Below, one piece after another: positions 1-13,241 of a stretch of DNA of 64,000 nt. Numbering within the stretch: position 1 is the first letter of the stretch; each line of letters opens with the position of its first letter. The notes under the pieces are model-generated. The model was not told where the DNA came from, searched no databases, and saw nothing but the letters and a program-made list of their open reading frames with translations. A program made the translations under genes and the position numbers. This DNA comes from Eledone cirrhosa (taxonomy: Eukaryota), in contig OZ024740.1 in NCBI GenBank assembly GCA_964016885.1, positions 90,830,001 through 90,894,000 on the forward strand, read 5' to 3'.

Positions 1-902
1 TATTGCTAAAGCCTTACTAAACCTAATGGACTCTATTATAATTGCTCTTTTCAGAGCAAACCACCACTTGTTGTTGACGACGGCCCCCGTCAACGCTAAC
101 TAACTAGTTTTCTAATCCGGTCTCCGTAGGCCTTGCGCGCTGGTAAGGACGCGTTTAGCTTCCTGTAGCCAGGTCCTCGTCTATGAAGCATATCTAAGTC
201 AAGCACACAGATCACGAATTTGTGGTCCGTGTAGTTGACTATCTTGAATTTAGGACAGACTATGCTAGACCTATCTATTTCCCTACAAAATACTCTATCT
301 AGATATGATCTGGATGACCCTATCCGATTTGTCCAAGTCAACATTGGCACATTCGGGAAATCCAATCGGTACCTGTCAGACAGTTTAAAACGCCTGAGCT
401 GGTTGGTGAGGCTCATGCGCCCTCCTCCCCTATCCGTTAATCCCACACAGTCCCAGCGTGCATCTAAGATCTCGTTCCAGTCGCCCACTAACATTTAAGA
501 GCGGGACGTTCCAAGAAAGGTCTCCAGACGCCGGAAGAAATCAGGCCGCCCTGCTCCTGTTGGGTCATAGACGGCCACTAGCCTGAAAGCTTACCCGTCT
601 CCGCTGGTCACGTCTAATACCACCAAGTTACCTTCTGGGTCCATGGAGATGGCCCGTATGGCGAGATCCAAACCTCTTCGAAAAAGCACAGCAACTCCAC
701 CCCCCGATCACGGACGGCTGGGAGGAGCGTACACATCGTAGCCGCTGAAGATCGGTGCATCCGCCCATGCTTCGAAGATTCTGGTCTCGCTGATGGCCAC
801 TACATCTATGTTTAGTGACCCGAGGTCGTTGAGCAGGTGGCCCTGCTTCCATGACGACCCCAAGCCACGCGCATTTACGCTGCCTATTCTGAGTGAGGTC
901 AT
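1..902 (-). pseudogene. Tx1 ORF2 N-terminus (APE endonuclease), disrupted
   Basis: MTSLRIGSVNARGL...ISET, GDWN, YLDRVF and YTDHK APE motifs are split across ORFs 708-902 and 96-494 by stops. Confidence 0.9.
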
Positions 903-936
903 GTTGAAATGTAGTGGAAAAGATGGGAAAGACCAC

Positions 937-2311
937 TTACCTTACTTCTCGTAGAGGGAGGATGGTTTGTCCATCCTTTTCACTGCTTGTGGCCTCCTCC
1001 GGAAGGATGTCCTTATAAATCATCCTGGAGTGTGTTTGTCGGAAGTAACCGATGTCTTTGGGGAATTTTTGTTTTAGTGTCGTGTACGTTTTCTGTGTGA
1101 TGCGAGTGATTTGTATGTGTGGAGGTGGTGTGAACTTTTGGGTTGTTGTGTAATATTTTTCTGTTATGCTGGTGTTGTGTTGCATGTAGTGTAATAATTG
1201 GTCGTTGTTCAAATTTAATGCTGTGTAGTGTGTATCGTTTTGATTGTTTTGTTTTGTTTGCGATTGTTGTGGGTTTGTTTCTGTTACGCTTTTGGGTGAC
1301 TTTTGTGGTGTTGGTGATGGGGGTGTTGGGGTTAATGATGGTGATGCTGTTGGTGTTTGTGGTGATGGGGTTGGTGATGCTGGTGTGGATGGTGGCTTAT
1401 CTGCCCTTACTTTTTTGATTGATAAGTTATTTGTTTCCCTCTGTATTTTGTTTTTGGAGGGGGAAGGAAGAGAATGTTTTCTTTTTCGATGGCGGGTGGA
1501 ACGTGGGTCACCCTGATCTTGGGAAGTCTCTGGCCACAATAGCTTGGGACGAGTGTGAAGTCGTCACCTGTTAATGGGGCCATGGAGTTTTCTCTGGCCT
1601 CCTGTGGTGTTTCAAAGAACACGTCCACAGTTCCATATTTTTGCCTACGTCTAATCTGGGTTTTTTTTGCCCACACATGTCCCAAAGATTTTTGGATTTG
1701 GGACTCGGATGCCCGTTCCACTCAGCGCGATTTTATGTTAATTGTTCGATAAGACACGGTGCTTAGGCGCCGATGCTCCATTTTATTAGATGGGTGTGTG
1801 TGAGGCTGACACTGTAACCATCTTTCTTTACCATTTTTTTGTCTTCTTCTAATTCCTCCTGAGTTACCTGAAATGGTTCGCACTGTTTTGCTACTCTGGC
1901 AAAACTCAGGGTAGTTTTCCTTAATTTCATTGTTGCTGTTGTTGTTATCGTTATTTTTGTTATTGTTAATTTTAGTTTCAGTTGTGGTGGTGGTGGCGTC
2001 AGTGGTGCTCGGTGTGGAAGAGTTCAATTTGCTTGAATTCATTTTGATATCATCACGAGTTAATTAATTTTTTTCTTTTGTTTCTGTTGTCGCGGTGGTG
2101 GTGGGGTGGTGTTTGTCGCGGTGGTGGTGGTGGCGGCGGCGTTAACAACTGCAGTCATTGGTAATGGCGGGAAATTAATGTCTGCCTGAGACAAATTTAA
2201 AATATTGCTACTACTTATATTTATAGTGTTCGCAAAGGTAGTAATATTTACAATCGTGGTGTCGGTGTGAGGTGTTAGTTTGTGAAGAAGGAGTGAATCT
2301 GAGTCGTCCAT
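937..2311 (-). pseudogene. Tx1 ORF1 remnant, frameshifted and internally deleted
   Basis: The fragment ERASESQIQKSLGHVW...VPSYCGQ aligns with T2 ORF1 (ERATEAQIQKALGSVW...VPSYCGQ). The CCHC knuckle region is absent. Confidence 0.75.
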
Positions 2312-2564
2312 GATTTTTCCAAGAACAACTTTTGTTTGATAATTATAAAAGTATAAATTTTGGGCTCAAGGCCCCACTCTTTCCGGGTGTCCGTGTGAGA
2401 TAACAATGTGTGTGCACTTATATACAGTTAACAATAACAATTTTCCATAAATGGCAATTTTAAACTACTGAAAATAACAAACATCTGCGGAGCCCACGGT
2501 GATAAGAATTACTACGTAGGTAGTCAATAATAATAATAATAATATTACTAATAATAATAATAAA

Positions 2565-3730
<1,166 letters not shown>

Positions 3731-3952
3731 AATAATAATAATAATAGTAATAATAATAATAATAATAAGAAGAAGAAGAAGAATAAGGGAAGAAGACGCA
3801 CGAGGTGACGGAGGTCATGAAATCGCTCCCGTAAGTTTTGAATTTTTAACATATTTAAATCATTTGTGAAATAACAACTCTTAGTACAAATGCTACGTAA
3901 AGCACCCGGCTTGAGCCCCCCAAAAAGTCGGACCCAAAATATATTGTTATAA

Positions 3953-4595
3953 GGCTCAAATATTCAAATATTCAACTTTGTATTGTACACTGTATATCCC
4001 AAAAAAAATGGCTATAAATGGAAGAAGAAGAACCCCCCCCCCTCCTCTCCTCTGGCTACACTATATAGGACAGCTAAACTCACCAACACCAGAAACTAGA
4101 TACACCACCCACCCCATCATCTGTGTACACTAAACACAAAAGCATTTTCACCTTCACCGCCACCGCTCACTACGGCCATCATTACCACCACTATCCCATC
4201 ACCGCCGCCACCACCCCTTGACTCCTTCACTGCTGCTGCCACCGCTACAGCACCATCACTACAGTAATACGGCTCAAATATTCAAATATTCAACTTTGTA
4301 TTGTACACTGTATATCCAAAAAAAAATAAAACGGCTATAAATGGAAGAAGAAGAACCCCCCCCCCCCTCCTCTCCTCTGGCTACACTATATAGGACAGCG
4401 AAACTCACCAACACCAGAAACTAGATACACCACCCACCCCATCATCTGTGTACACTAAACACAACAGCATTTTCACCTTCACCGCCACTGCTCACTACGG
4501 CCATCATTACCACCACTATCCCATCACCGCCGCCACCACCCCTTGACTCCTTCACTGCTGCTGCCACCGCTACAGCACCATCACTACAGTAATAC
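3953..4595 (+). repeat. Tandem duplication (2 x ~320 bp) in the family A leader
   Basis: The unit GGCTCAAATATTC...CAGTAATAC starts at 3953 and 4271. The same duplication is at 22457 and 22775. Confidence 0.9.
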
Positions 4596-5170
4596 GGTCG
4601 CATCACCGCCACCACTGCCTCGGTATCGACATCACCACCACCACTGTCTCAGTATCGCCAACGCCGCCAGTCTCTGCTGGCTGCCACTTCCACATTATAG
4701 AATTCCTACTACTAACAAAGAGGAAGGCATCAAAATATATAGATAGACTCAAAAGAAAAAAGAAAAAACAAACAACAAAAGCAGCACAGCAACAACAGCA
4801 AAAAACGAGAAAAACAAACAGAGAAAAACAAAAACAAAAAAAGACACCCCAAAAACGTAAAGAAAATAAGAATGAAGAGAGAAGCAGGCGGACGGACAGA
4901 GAAGAGGGGGGAAAAAGTAAAACTTAAAAAACAAAAACTAAGTCAGACATTCGAATACTACATTACAATGAAACTTATGCTTATTCATTTTTGGGGCCCT
5001 TTCTGCCCGTGTGTTTGTTTGTTTATGTGTGTCCGTATACAGCGTGGTGATAATGCCACACAAGGGCCAAGTGGGATGGCGGATCCACAGATGGCTATGT
5101 AAACATACATTCGCCAATCCTCGATAAGAGTGTTTAAATATCGAACATAAACAGTTCGAATAACGGTGAA

Positions 5171-8116
5171 ATGGAGACTAGAACGTCATGTGACAGACTC
5201 TCACCCAACAGGTGCCCCCTGGCTCAGCAGCAGGAACCTGACTGTCAACCAAATACTGCTGATGTTGGAGGAAGAAGAAGAAGGAAAGGGGCCAGAACCA
5301 ACTGGACGAAAGATTTGAATAGAACTGTTATGCAATGCTACCTGAAATGTAACCCCAAGGAGAGGGGCTACAGGAGACGGATGCATAACATCTGGAACGA
5401 GATTGGTTTATTTAAATTAGATGAACAAAAATTGGCCGGGCAGGCTCGGGTAATAAGAACTAATGGGTGGATAAGCGAGCTGGAACTGGAGGAACTGAGC
5501 AGAGAGAATGGCTTGGAGATGGCGGGTGTAGTATGCCAGACAAAGCTTGAGTCACTACTGAATGGGACACTAAAAAACATAGGCACTAAAAATAGACTGG
5601 AAATAAAATACAAAACTAGGAGTAAAAAGCTAAATATTATCATAGAGGAATTGAAGCAACGCATTGTAGCAAAGAGTGCCAAAATCAGGCGATACGAGAA
5701 CAGAGTCAGTCAGTATAAACAGAACCGCATGTTCGACAACAACCAGAAGATGCTGTTTGGACAGCTTGAGGGGAAAGAAAGAGGCAACGACTTGATCCCT
5801 GGGGCGGAACAAGCTAAAACATTCTGGAGAGGAATATGGGAGCAGGATGTTAGACACAATGCCCAGGCAGGGTGGATTGAGACAGTACAGAGGGAGATCG
5901 GTGAGCAGGCACAGCAACAGACTGATTTGAGTATCACAGTTGAAACTCTTAAGGGGCAAGCCAAAAAACTAACCAACTGGAAATCACCAGGCCCAGATGG
6001 TGTGCAGGGGTATTGGATTAAACATTTAACATCCCTCCACCCGAAGCTGACGGCCATGTTCAATGACTGCTTGGTGTCGGGTGAGGTGCCAGAGTGGTTG
6101 ACAAAAGGTACCACAGTTCTGATAATGAAAGACCGAATCAAGGGTAATGATGTTACCAACTATAGACCTATCACATGTCTGCCCGTAATGTGGAAACTGT
6201 TGACGAGCATTGTGTCTGAGGAAATCTACCATCACCTCCACACAAACAACTTGTTGCCGGACGAACAGAAAGGATGCCGAAAGAAGTCACGTGGTACAAA
6301 GGACCAGTTGCTTATTGATAAGATGGTAATGGGGAATTGCAGGAGGAGACACACTGATCTTGCCATGGGATGGATAGACTACAGAAAGGCATTTGACATG
6401 GTGCCTCATTCCTGGATCACCAAAAGCCTGGAGATCTTCAGGTTGGCAGATAACATCAGACAGTTGCTGGGCAGGAGTATGGGGTCCTGGGCGACAGAGT
6501 TGACATCAACTGGAGTATCCTTGGGAAGCGTGAAGATCAAGAGAGGTATCTTCCAGGGAGATAGCCTGTCCCCTCTGTTGTTTGTCCTTGCCCTGATGCC
6601 CTTGACCATTATGCTGCGAAAAGTGAGAGCAGGATACAAGTTGGGAAGGGGAGAGCTTACCATCAATCACCTCCTCTTCATGGACGATCTTAAGCTCTTC
6701 GGGAAAAGTGAGAAGGAGTTGGATGTGCTTGTTGACACTGTCCGTATTTTCAGCAGTGATATATGTATGCAGTTTGGTATTGGTAAATGTGGAGTCATTG
6801 TGATGAGGACGGGTAGGTTGAGCAGAAGTAACGGGATCCAGATACCAACAGGTGAGATGATAAAGGAAATTGACTCTGAGGAAGGATACAAGTATTTGGG
6901 CGTTCTGGAGGCTGATGGCATAAAGAACAAAAAAATGAAGGAATTGTTAAGAACTGAATACATTCGGAGAGTAAGGAGCGTATTGAAGTCACATCTGAAC
7001 AGCAGAAATGCCATAAGCGCAGTAAATTCCCGAGCTGTGTCTATTATTAGGTACAGTGCGGGAATTCTGAGATGGAATGTTGCTGAACAAAAAGAAATGG
7101 ATAGGAAGACTAGGAAGCTATTGACTATCTACAACATGTTCCACAAGAGGAGTGATGTCGATAGACTCTACCTAAGGAGATCTGAGGGTGGAAGAGGTCT
7201 TATCAGCATAGAGGACTGTGTTCAGATGGAGAAAAACAACCTATACAAATACGTGACCTATAGTAAGGAGCCAATGCTCAGAGCTGTACTGAAGGAGGGG
7301 ACAGTAGGCCAGGGGATATCCAAGGAGGAAATAACATCAAGGAGGAAGAGCAGCCTTAAGGGAAAATCCCTTCATAGTACCTTCTTTGAGAAAACTGAAT
7401 TTAGAGATCCACAGACATGGAACTGGTTGAGAAGAGGAGACCTCAAAAAGGCTACAGAAGGAATGCTAATGGCTGCGCAGGAGCAGGCCCTCAAAACGAA
7501 GTGGTTGAAGCACCATATCTACAAGGAGGAGGCTAGCCCACTGTGCAGGATCTGTGGAGAGAGAGAGGAGACTGTGGCTCACATTGTGTCCGAGTGTAAA
7601 CACCTAGCCCAGACCCACTATAAGGGCTGGAGACACGATGTGATGGGCAGGGTGATCCACTGGCACCTGTGCAAAGTAAACAATCTACCACATTCTGAGA
7701 AATGGTATGAGCATAGGCCAGAGGCGGTGATGGAGAACAGTCAGGTGAAGGTGCTGTGGGATTTTAGGATACAGACGGACAAAAAACTGGAACACAATAG
7801 ACCTGACCTGGTGGTTGTGGACAAAGAAAAAAGATCGTGCCTGATTGTGGATGTGGCCTGCCCGTTCGACACGAGAGTGCAAGAGAAGGAGAGGGAGAAA
7901 ATTAACCGATACCAGGACCTAAAGTGGGAGGTGAAAAGGATTTGGAACTGCCATGAAGTCAAAGTGATCCCGATTGTCATAGGCGCACTGGGGACTATCT
8001 CCAAAGGTTTCCAGGGATGGTTAAAGAAAATCGGACCCTTCACGCTTTTTGGAACGCTTCAAAAGGCATGCTTGCTTGGAACGGCAAGAACCCTCCGATA
8101 CGTCCTGAATATCTGA
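5171..8116 (+). CDS. RT-RLE protein (R4/Dong clade), 981 aa, internally deleted
   Basis: SPGPDG, YRPI, AFD, QGDSLSP and FMDD RT motifs; CRIC..H...EC knuckle; RPD..D..K RLE. Confidence 0.9.
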   Translation: METRTSCDRLSPNRCPLAQQQEPDCQPNTADVGGRRRRKGARTNWTKDLNRTVMQCYLKCNPKERGYRRRMHNIWNEIGLFKLDEQKLAGQARVIRTNGWISELELEELSRENGLEMAGVVCQTKLESLLNGTLKNIGTKNRLEIKYKTRSKKLNIIIEELKQRIVAKSAKIRRYENRVSQYKQNRMFDNNQKMLFGQLEGKERGNDLIPGAEQAKTFWRGIWEQDVRHNAQAGWIETVQREIGEQAQQQTDLSITVETLKGQAKKLTNWKSPGPDGVQGYWIKHLTSLHPKLTAMFNDCLVSGEVPEWLTKGTTVLIMKDRIKGNDVTNYRPITCLPVMWKLLTSIVSEEIYHHLHTNNLLPDEQKGCRKKSRGTKDQLLIDKMVMGNCRRRHTDLAMGWIDYRKAFDMVPHSWITKSLEIFRLADNIRQLLGRSMGSWATELTSTGVSLGSVKIKRGIFQGDSLSPLLFVLALMPLTIMLRKVRAGYKLGRGELTINHLLFMDDLKLFGKSEKELDVLVDTVRIFSSDICMQFGIGKCGVIVMRTGRLSRSNGIQIPTGEMIKEIDSEEGYKYLGVLEADGIKNKKMKELLRTEYIRRVRSVLKSHLNSRNAISAVNSRAVSIIRYSAGILRWNVAEQKEMDRKTRKLLTIYNMFHKRSDVDRLYLRRSEGGRGLISIEDCVQMEKNNLYKYVTYSKEPMLRAVLKEGTVGQGISKEEITSRRKSSLKGKSLHSTFFEKTEFRDPQTWNWLRRGDLKKATEGMLMAAQEQALKTKWLKHHIYKEEASPLCRICGEREETVAHIVSECKHLAQTHYKGWRHDVMGRVIHWHLCKVNNLPHSEKWYEHRPEAVMENSQVKVLWDFRIQTDKKLEHNRPDLVVVDKEKRSCLIVDVACPFDTRVQEKEREKINRYQDLKWEVKRIWNCHEVKVIPIVIGALGTISKGFQGWLKKIGPFTLFGTLQKACLLGTARTLRYVLNI

Positions 8117-8196
8117 GGCTGCAGGTAGTGGCTTGATATTCAATCCAACGGACTTTACAGTTAACCAACATCAATGACTGAGATTCAAGGAATAAC

Positions 8197-8241
<45 letters not shown>

Positions 8242-8244
<3 letters not shown>

Positions 8245-11200
8245 GGAAGATGACGCACGAGGTGGTAGAAGGTCATGAAATCGCTCCCGTAAGTTTTTAA
8301 TATTTAACGTATTTAAATCAATTGTGAAATAACAATTCTTAGTACAAATGTTGCATAAACCACCGAATCATGTCCCATAAAATTTCGGAATATATGATAT
8401 TGTTATATCGTTCAAATATTCAATTTTGTATTATATATTTTGTATTCAAAAAAGAAAATTGTTATAAATGGAAGAAAACACCCTCTGTCTACACTATATA
8501 GAACATCCAAATAACAGCAAGTTCACCAACACCAGAAACTTGATACACCACCTACCCCATCACACTAAATATAACAGCCAGATAAGGCAATTTCACCACC
8601 ACCACCACCAATCCCAGCATCATAATAATAATTACTATTATTATTGTCTCAAGTTTTAACAAAATGTTTAATTCCAATTTTACGGGAATATGTCAACACA
8701 ATTTATATTAAACATACGCGTCACAAACTCATAGATACTACATATCACAAAACTCAGTAACGACAACGCCACCGCCGCCACCATTCCATCCATCATTGCT
8801 ACCACTATCCCATCACCGCCGCCACCACTCCTTCATTGCTACCACCACTATTCCCCTGTTAACTTGAGAGAGAAAGGGGAAGGTGGCGGTATCACTAGAC
8901 AAGGGAGAGGCTAGCAAAAGATATAAATAGATTGACTTAGTGACCTGGCCAACGGCCAAACGTCAACATCAACAACTATGGCACTGCTGGCTCACCCCTT
9001 CCTCACCAACAATATAAAAAGCCCCAGCACCACCACCGACATAGCCAACAACTATAACAGGCACCTTCAGCAAAAAGCATATTATATTATTGTAATGCAC
9101 TGGGTGATTGCTGGCCTTGTGCCTGGAGACAATTATTAATAATTTCATTCTTAAGCCATGCAATGCTCACATTAAGGAACCACTCATGATAATAACAATT
9201 TAAAAAAAACAACAAAAAGAAAACCCCGTGACCAAGAAATACCGGGATGGCGGCCGGCGGGGAATAGCCGTGTCTCTAGGGGAGAACGACCCCCTCTAGT
9301 CTTGGTTGACACTCGTTCTAGAAGTGGTAACACGAAATGATTACCCCTTGGCGGATAAGGATAACACGCGACAAAATGAAGTAAATGTCTAATGATAAAA
9401 TCTCATACCGGATCGGCCGTCACCCGGGTAAAAAAGGGCCGCGTCCCTCAGAGAGGAACCAGACTGGGGTCGAAAAATCAGCTAATGGTTCAAACCTTCC
9501 CATCACTTCGGAGCTGGAGACCTCCCTTAACCGGAATACTCCTACTGTTGGCCCTCCATGCTCACCACCAAGAAATCCAAAGAAAAAGAGAGAAAAATGG
9601 TCAAGGGAAGATAATAAAGAAGTCCTTGAGGATTTCTACACTGCCATGTACTACCCATCAAATACATCAAATACAGAACAGACATATATCAACTGGAAAA
9701 AGAAACATCCCCAAAACAGAGGCTATATTGACAGTAACAAACTAGCCAATATACGAAGAAATATTGTAAGAAAAAAGTTACTAACTGATATAGAAATTGA
9801 TCAGATCAAGCTATCGGCAAAAAGTCAGCGAAGGGAAAATGAAACATGTGTCAGTGAAAACGAGGTAAATTGTAACACTTCGAATCCCAGGGTTGGGGTG
9901 GAATCACTGGCAACAGAACAAATTAAAGAAAGGATCGAAAAAGTGGAGGGAGTGCATGCTCAAGATGAAACTCCAAATGAAAATAATGAAATGGTAAATG
10001 ATAAAGAAATGAATGAGAATGGACTTGCCAACTTGAAGGATGAAATTATGATCGAATGGATGAAAATGAAAGAATCTGACATGGGGCAACGAGACACCCT
10101 CCGTAAGATCCAGAACTCCAAACAGAACAAAAAGATAATACACAATACTAACATAATTCTCAAAAACATTATCATCACAAACAAACTAAACATTACTGAT
10201 TTAAATCATCTCTATTATGTATCGGCTAAAGTCACCACTCACTTATGTGGAGTGAAGATTAAAAAACAAAGGAATTCCCACAAGAAATCTACTTGGCAAG
10301 AGAACATCAATCGCCAAATAAACCTTCTCCGATCTGACATAGAAATTTTAACAAACTATAAAGTAGTTGAACATGTTAATCAAACTAAACTTAGAAATTT
10401 GAAAAAAAAGTACAGTATAAAATCAACAAGTGACATAGACATGCTGATAGAAATAATCAAGCAAAAAGTGTCGGCCAAAGCTGCTCGTATAAGGCGCTTT
10501 GAAAAACGATCTAGATTCTATAAGGACAATAATATGTCAAAAACAACCAAATAAACATCTACAGAAAAATTGGTAAGTCAACAATAACTGCTCAATCAAT
10601 ACCACCCAAGGAGGAAGTGCAAGAATTCTGGGAAAAGATCTGGGCCGAAGAAAAAGTTCATAACATACATGCCCCATGGATAGACAGACAAATGAAAGAT
10701 ACAGCTCACCTTGAGGAACAAATATGGGAAAATATAACAGTTGAATAGTTGCGCTTGGCTCTAAGAAAAACCAGCAAATAGAAATCCTCAGGAAAAGACA
10801 AAATACAAAACTTTTGGATAAATGCCTTCACAGAGTCTCATGAGCTGTTAGCCCAACTTTACCATGAAATAGTTAAGGAGCCAGAAAAGATACAATCATG
10901 GCTAGATAACGACATTACATTCCTGCTTCCGAAGAATGATGAGACAAACAATCACAAAAATTACAGACCGATAACTTGCTTGACCACAATGTATAAAATT
11001 TTAACATCAGTCCTCACTGAATACACATATGACCACCTGATAACAAATGACCTATTTCCCATTGAGCAGAAAGGGTGTAAACGAGGCTTATATGGCTGTA
11101 AGGATCAGCTTCTGGTTAACAAAATGCTACTGGAAGATTGTCATTATAGACACAAACATCTATCGATTGCTTGGATAGATTATAAAAAAGCATTCGATAG

Positions 11201-13178
11201 TTTGCCACACAGTTGGATTGAAAAATGTTTAGAGATTTTCAAAATATCCCCCGTTGTCAGGAGGTTTGTGTCATTCAGTATGAAGACATGGAAAACGACA
11301 CTCCTTTTGAATAGTGAAACAAAATCACTGGAAGCTGGAGAAGTTAATATTAATTGTGGAATTTTTCAGGGTGACTCTTTATCACCGCTTTTATTCTGCA
11401 TCGCCCTTATACCATTAAGAAAAATGCTCAATGAAACAAAACATGAATATAAAGTCTATGACAAAACCATTAATCACTTGTTCTACATGGATGACCTGAA
11501 ACTATTTACGAAAAATGATGGACAATTGCAAGGGCTATTATCCACTGTGGAGCAGTTCAGTGATGACATTAAAATGGAGTTTGGACTAGATAAATGCGCC
11601 AAAGCAACGTTCACCAGAGGAAAGCTGCTGAAGAGTTCAGACATTAATCTTGATTGGGGGAACGTGATAAGAGAACTTGATCAAGAAAAAAACTTACAAA
11701 TATCTAGGTGTTTGTGAAGGAGACGGAATCAAGCACTCGACAATGAGGGAAAGGATAAGGAAGGAATGTTACCGCAGAGTAAGAGCAATCTTAAGAACGG
11801 AATTGAATGCAAGGAATAGGATCGATGCCATAAACACGCTTGCCATACCAGTAGTAACCTACAGTTACAATGTCATCAACTGGTCAAGCACAGAGATCCG
11901 TAGGCTCGATACAAAAATTTGAAAATTCTTAACCATGCACAGAATGCATCTCCCTAAGGCAGATATAGATAGAATATATCTCCCTAGGAAAGAAGGAGGA
12001 CGTGGGTTAATCCAGTTAGACATTGCGTTGAAAACTGCAACAATTGGATTATCTACATATCTAAGGGAATCACATGATTGGGTGATCAAACTGGTTTTGA
12101 AACACGAAAGCATCAAAAGATCATATTCCATTACAAAAGATGCACAAAGATACAGTAATGGACTACAAATTTCAGAAGTCCCATTTACTGCTGAAATGGA
12201 AAACACAGAAAAAGCAAAGCAGGTAAAAGTAACTGCAAAGAAAGAACTGCTACCAAAGCTGGCTAAGAAATGGCAAGAAAAGCCTCTGTATGGAAAATAC
12301 CCAGAGCGAGCTAACAATCCTGATGTTGACAAAACTTTAACCCATCAGTGGTTGGCATCCTCTGGACTGAAATCGGAGACTGAAGGACTGATTATATCAG
12401 CACAAGATCAGTGTCTGCCAACAAAATATTACCAAGCCAACATAATAAAAAATGGGTGCAGCCCATTATGCCGTGAATGCAAAAAACAACCAGAGACCAT
12501 TGACCATATAATTTCAATGTGCAGTCCTATAGCTCTAACCGAATACCTAAACAGGCATGACAGAGCTGCACAATACATACATTGGATAATGTGTAAGCAT
12601 TTTGACCTGCCCTATCAAAAGAATTGGTGGGAGCATCAACCACCTCCCATACTTGAAAAAGATCACATCTCAATCTTGTGGAACTTTAGCATCCAAACAG
12701 ACCGAAAAATAGATGCAAATAGACCTGATATAATATTGAAGGACTTTAAAAAGAGGGTATGCTTGCTAATTGATATGTCTGTTCCAATAGACAAGAATGT
12801 ATCTATAAAAACATTTGAAAAATTGAGCAAGTATAAGGACCTGGAGAGAGAAATTGGAAAAATGTGGAAATTGAGAACTAAAACAATACCAGTGGTTGTA
12901 GGCGCTCTGGGAATGATACCTAAGGGGTCTAATGATTACATATCGCAAATCCCAGGAAACCCGCGTATAGGAGAAATACAAAAGATAGTACTAATGGGAA
13001 CTGCCCATATACTAAGGAAGATTCTGTCAATATAAGTACATCACCAGTCTAAACACTAACGATGCATGTGTGAATATGTATGTTCTTTCTTGAACATGGC
13101 GGACCTTGTTGTCTCTTGAGGTCACTGGTTGTGACTTGGTGATAACTCGTATGAACATAAAGCAAGATAAATGCAACT

Positions 13179-13180
<2 letters not shown>
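8242..13180 (+). mobile_element. R4/Dong-like family B, apparently full-length defective copy B1
   Basis: Leader, broken ORF, 3' UTR and TAA tail. The 5' boundary is inferred from the preceding TAA tract. Confidence 0.85.
9385..13035 (+). pseudogene. RT-RLE ORF of family B with frameshifts and stops
   Basis: ORF pieces 9385-10554, 10980-11717, 11677-11922 and 11935-13035 give QGDSLSP, YMDD, CREC..H...C and RPD..D motifs. Confidence 0.92.
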
Positions 13181-13225
<45 letters not shown>

Positions 13226-13241
13226 TTTAATAATAATAATT

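Larger units (their letters stand above)
1..2525 (-). mobile_element. Tx1/L1-like non-LTR retrotransposon (copy T1), 5' part, degenerate; continues off the window start
   Basis: Bases 1-~960 closely match T2 at ~19063-20020. ORF1 remnants lie upstream, and the 5' end abuts a TAA tract at 2526-2562. Confidence 0.9.
3787..8190 (+). mobile_element. R4/Dong-like family A copy A2 (leader plus ORF with in-frame deletion)
   Basis: Near-identical to 22311-27137 except for a 447-nt deletion. Ends in a TAA tail. Confidence 0.9.

Noticed and set aside
5201-8276. Antisense ORFs over the retrotransposon ORFs (also within 16.8-21.9 and 23.7-27.2 kb)
   Set aside because: Shadow frames with no motifs; their recurrence reflects copy identity.
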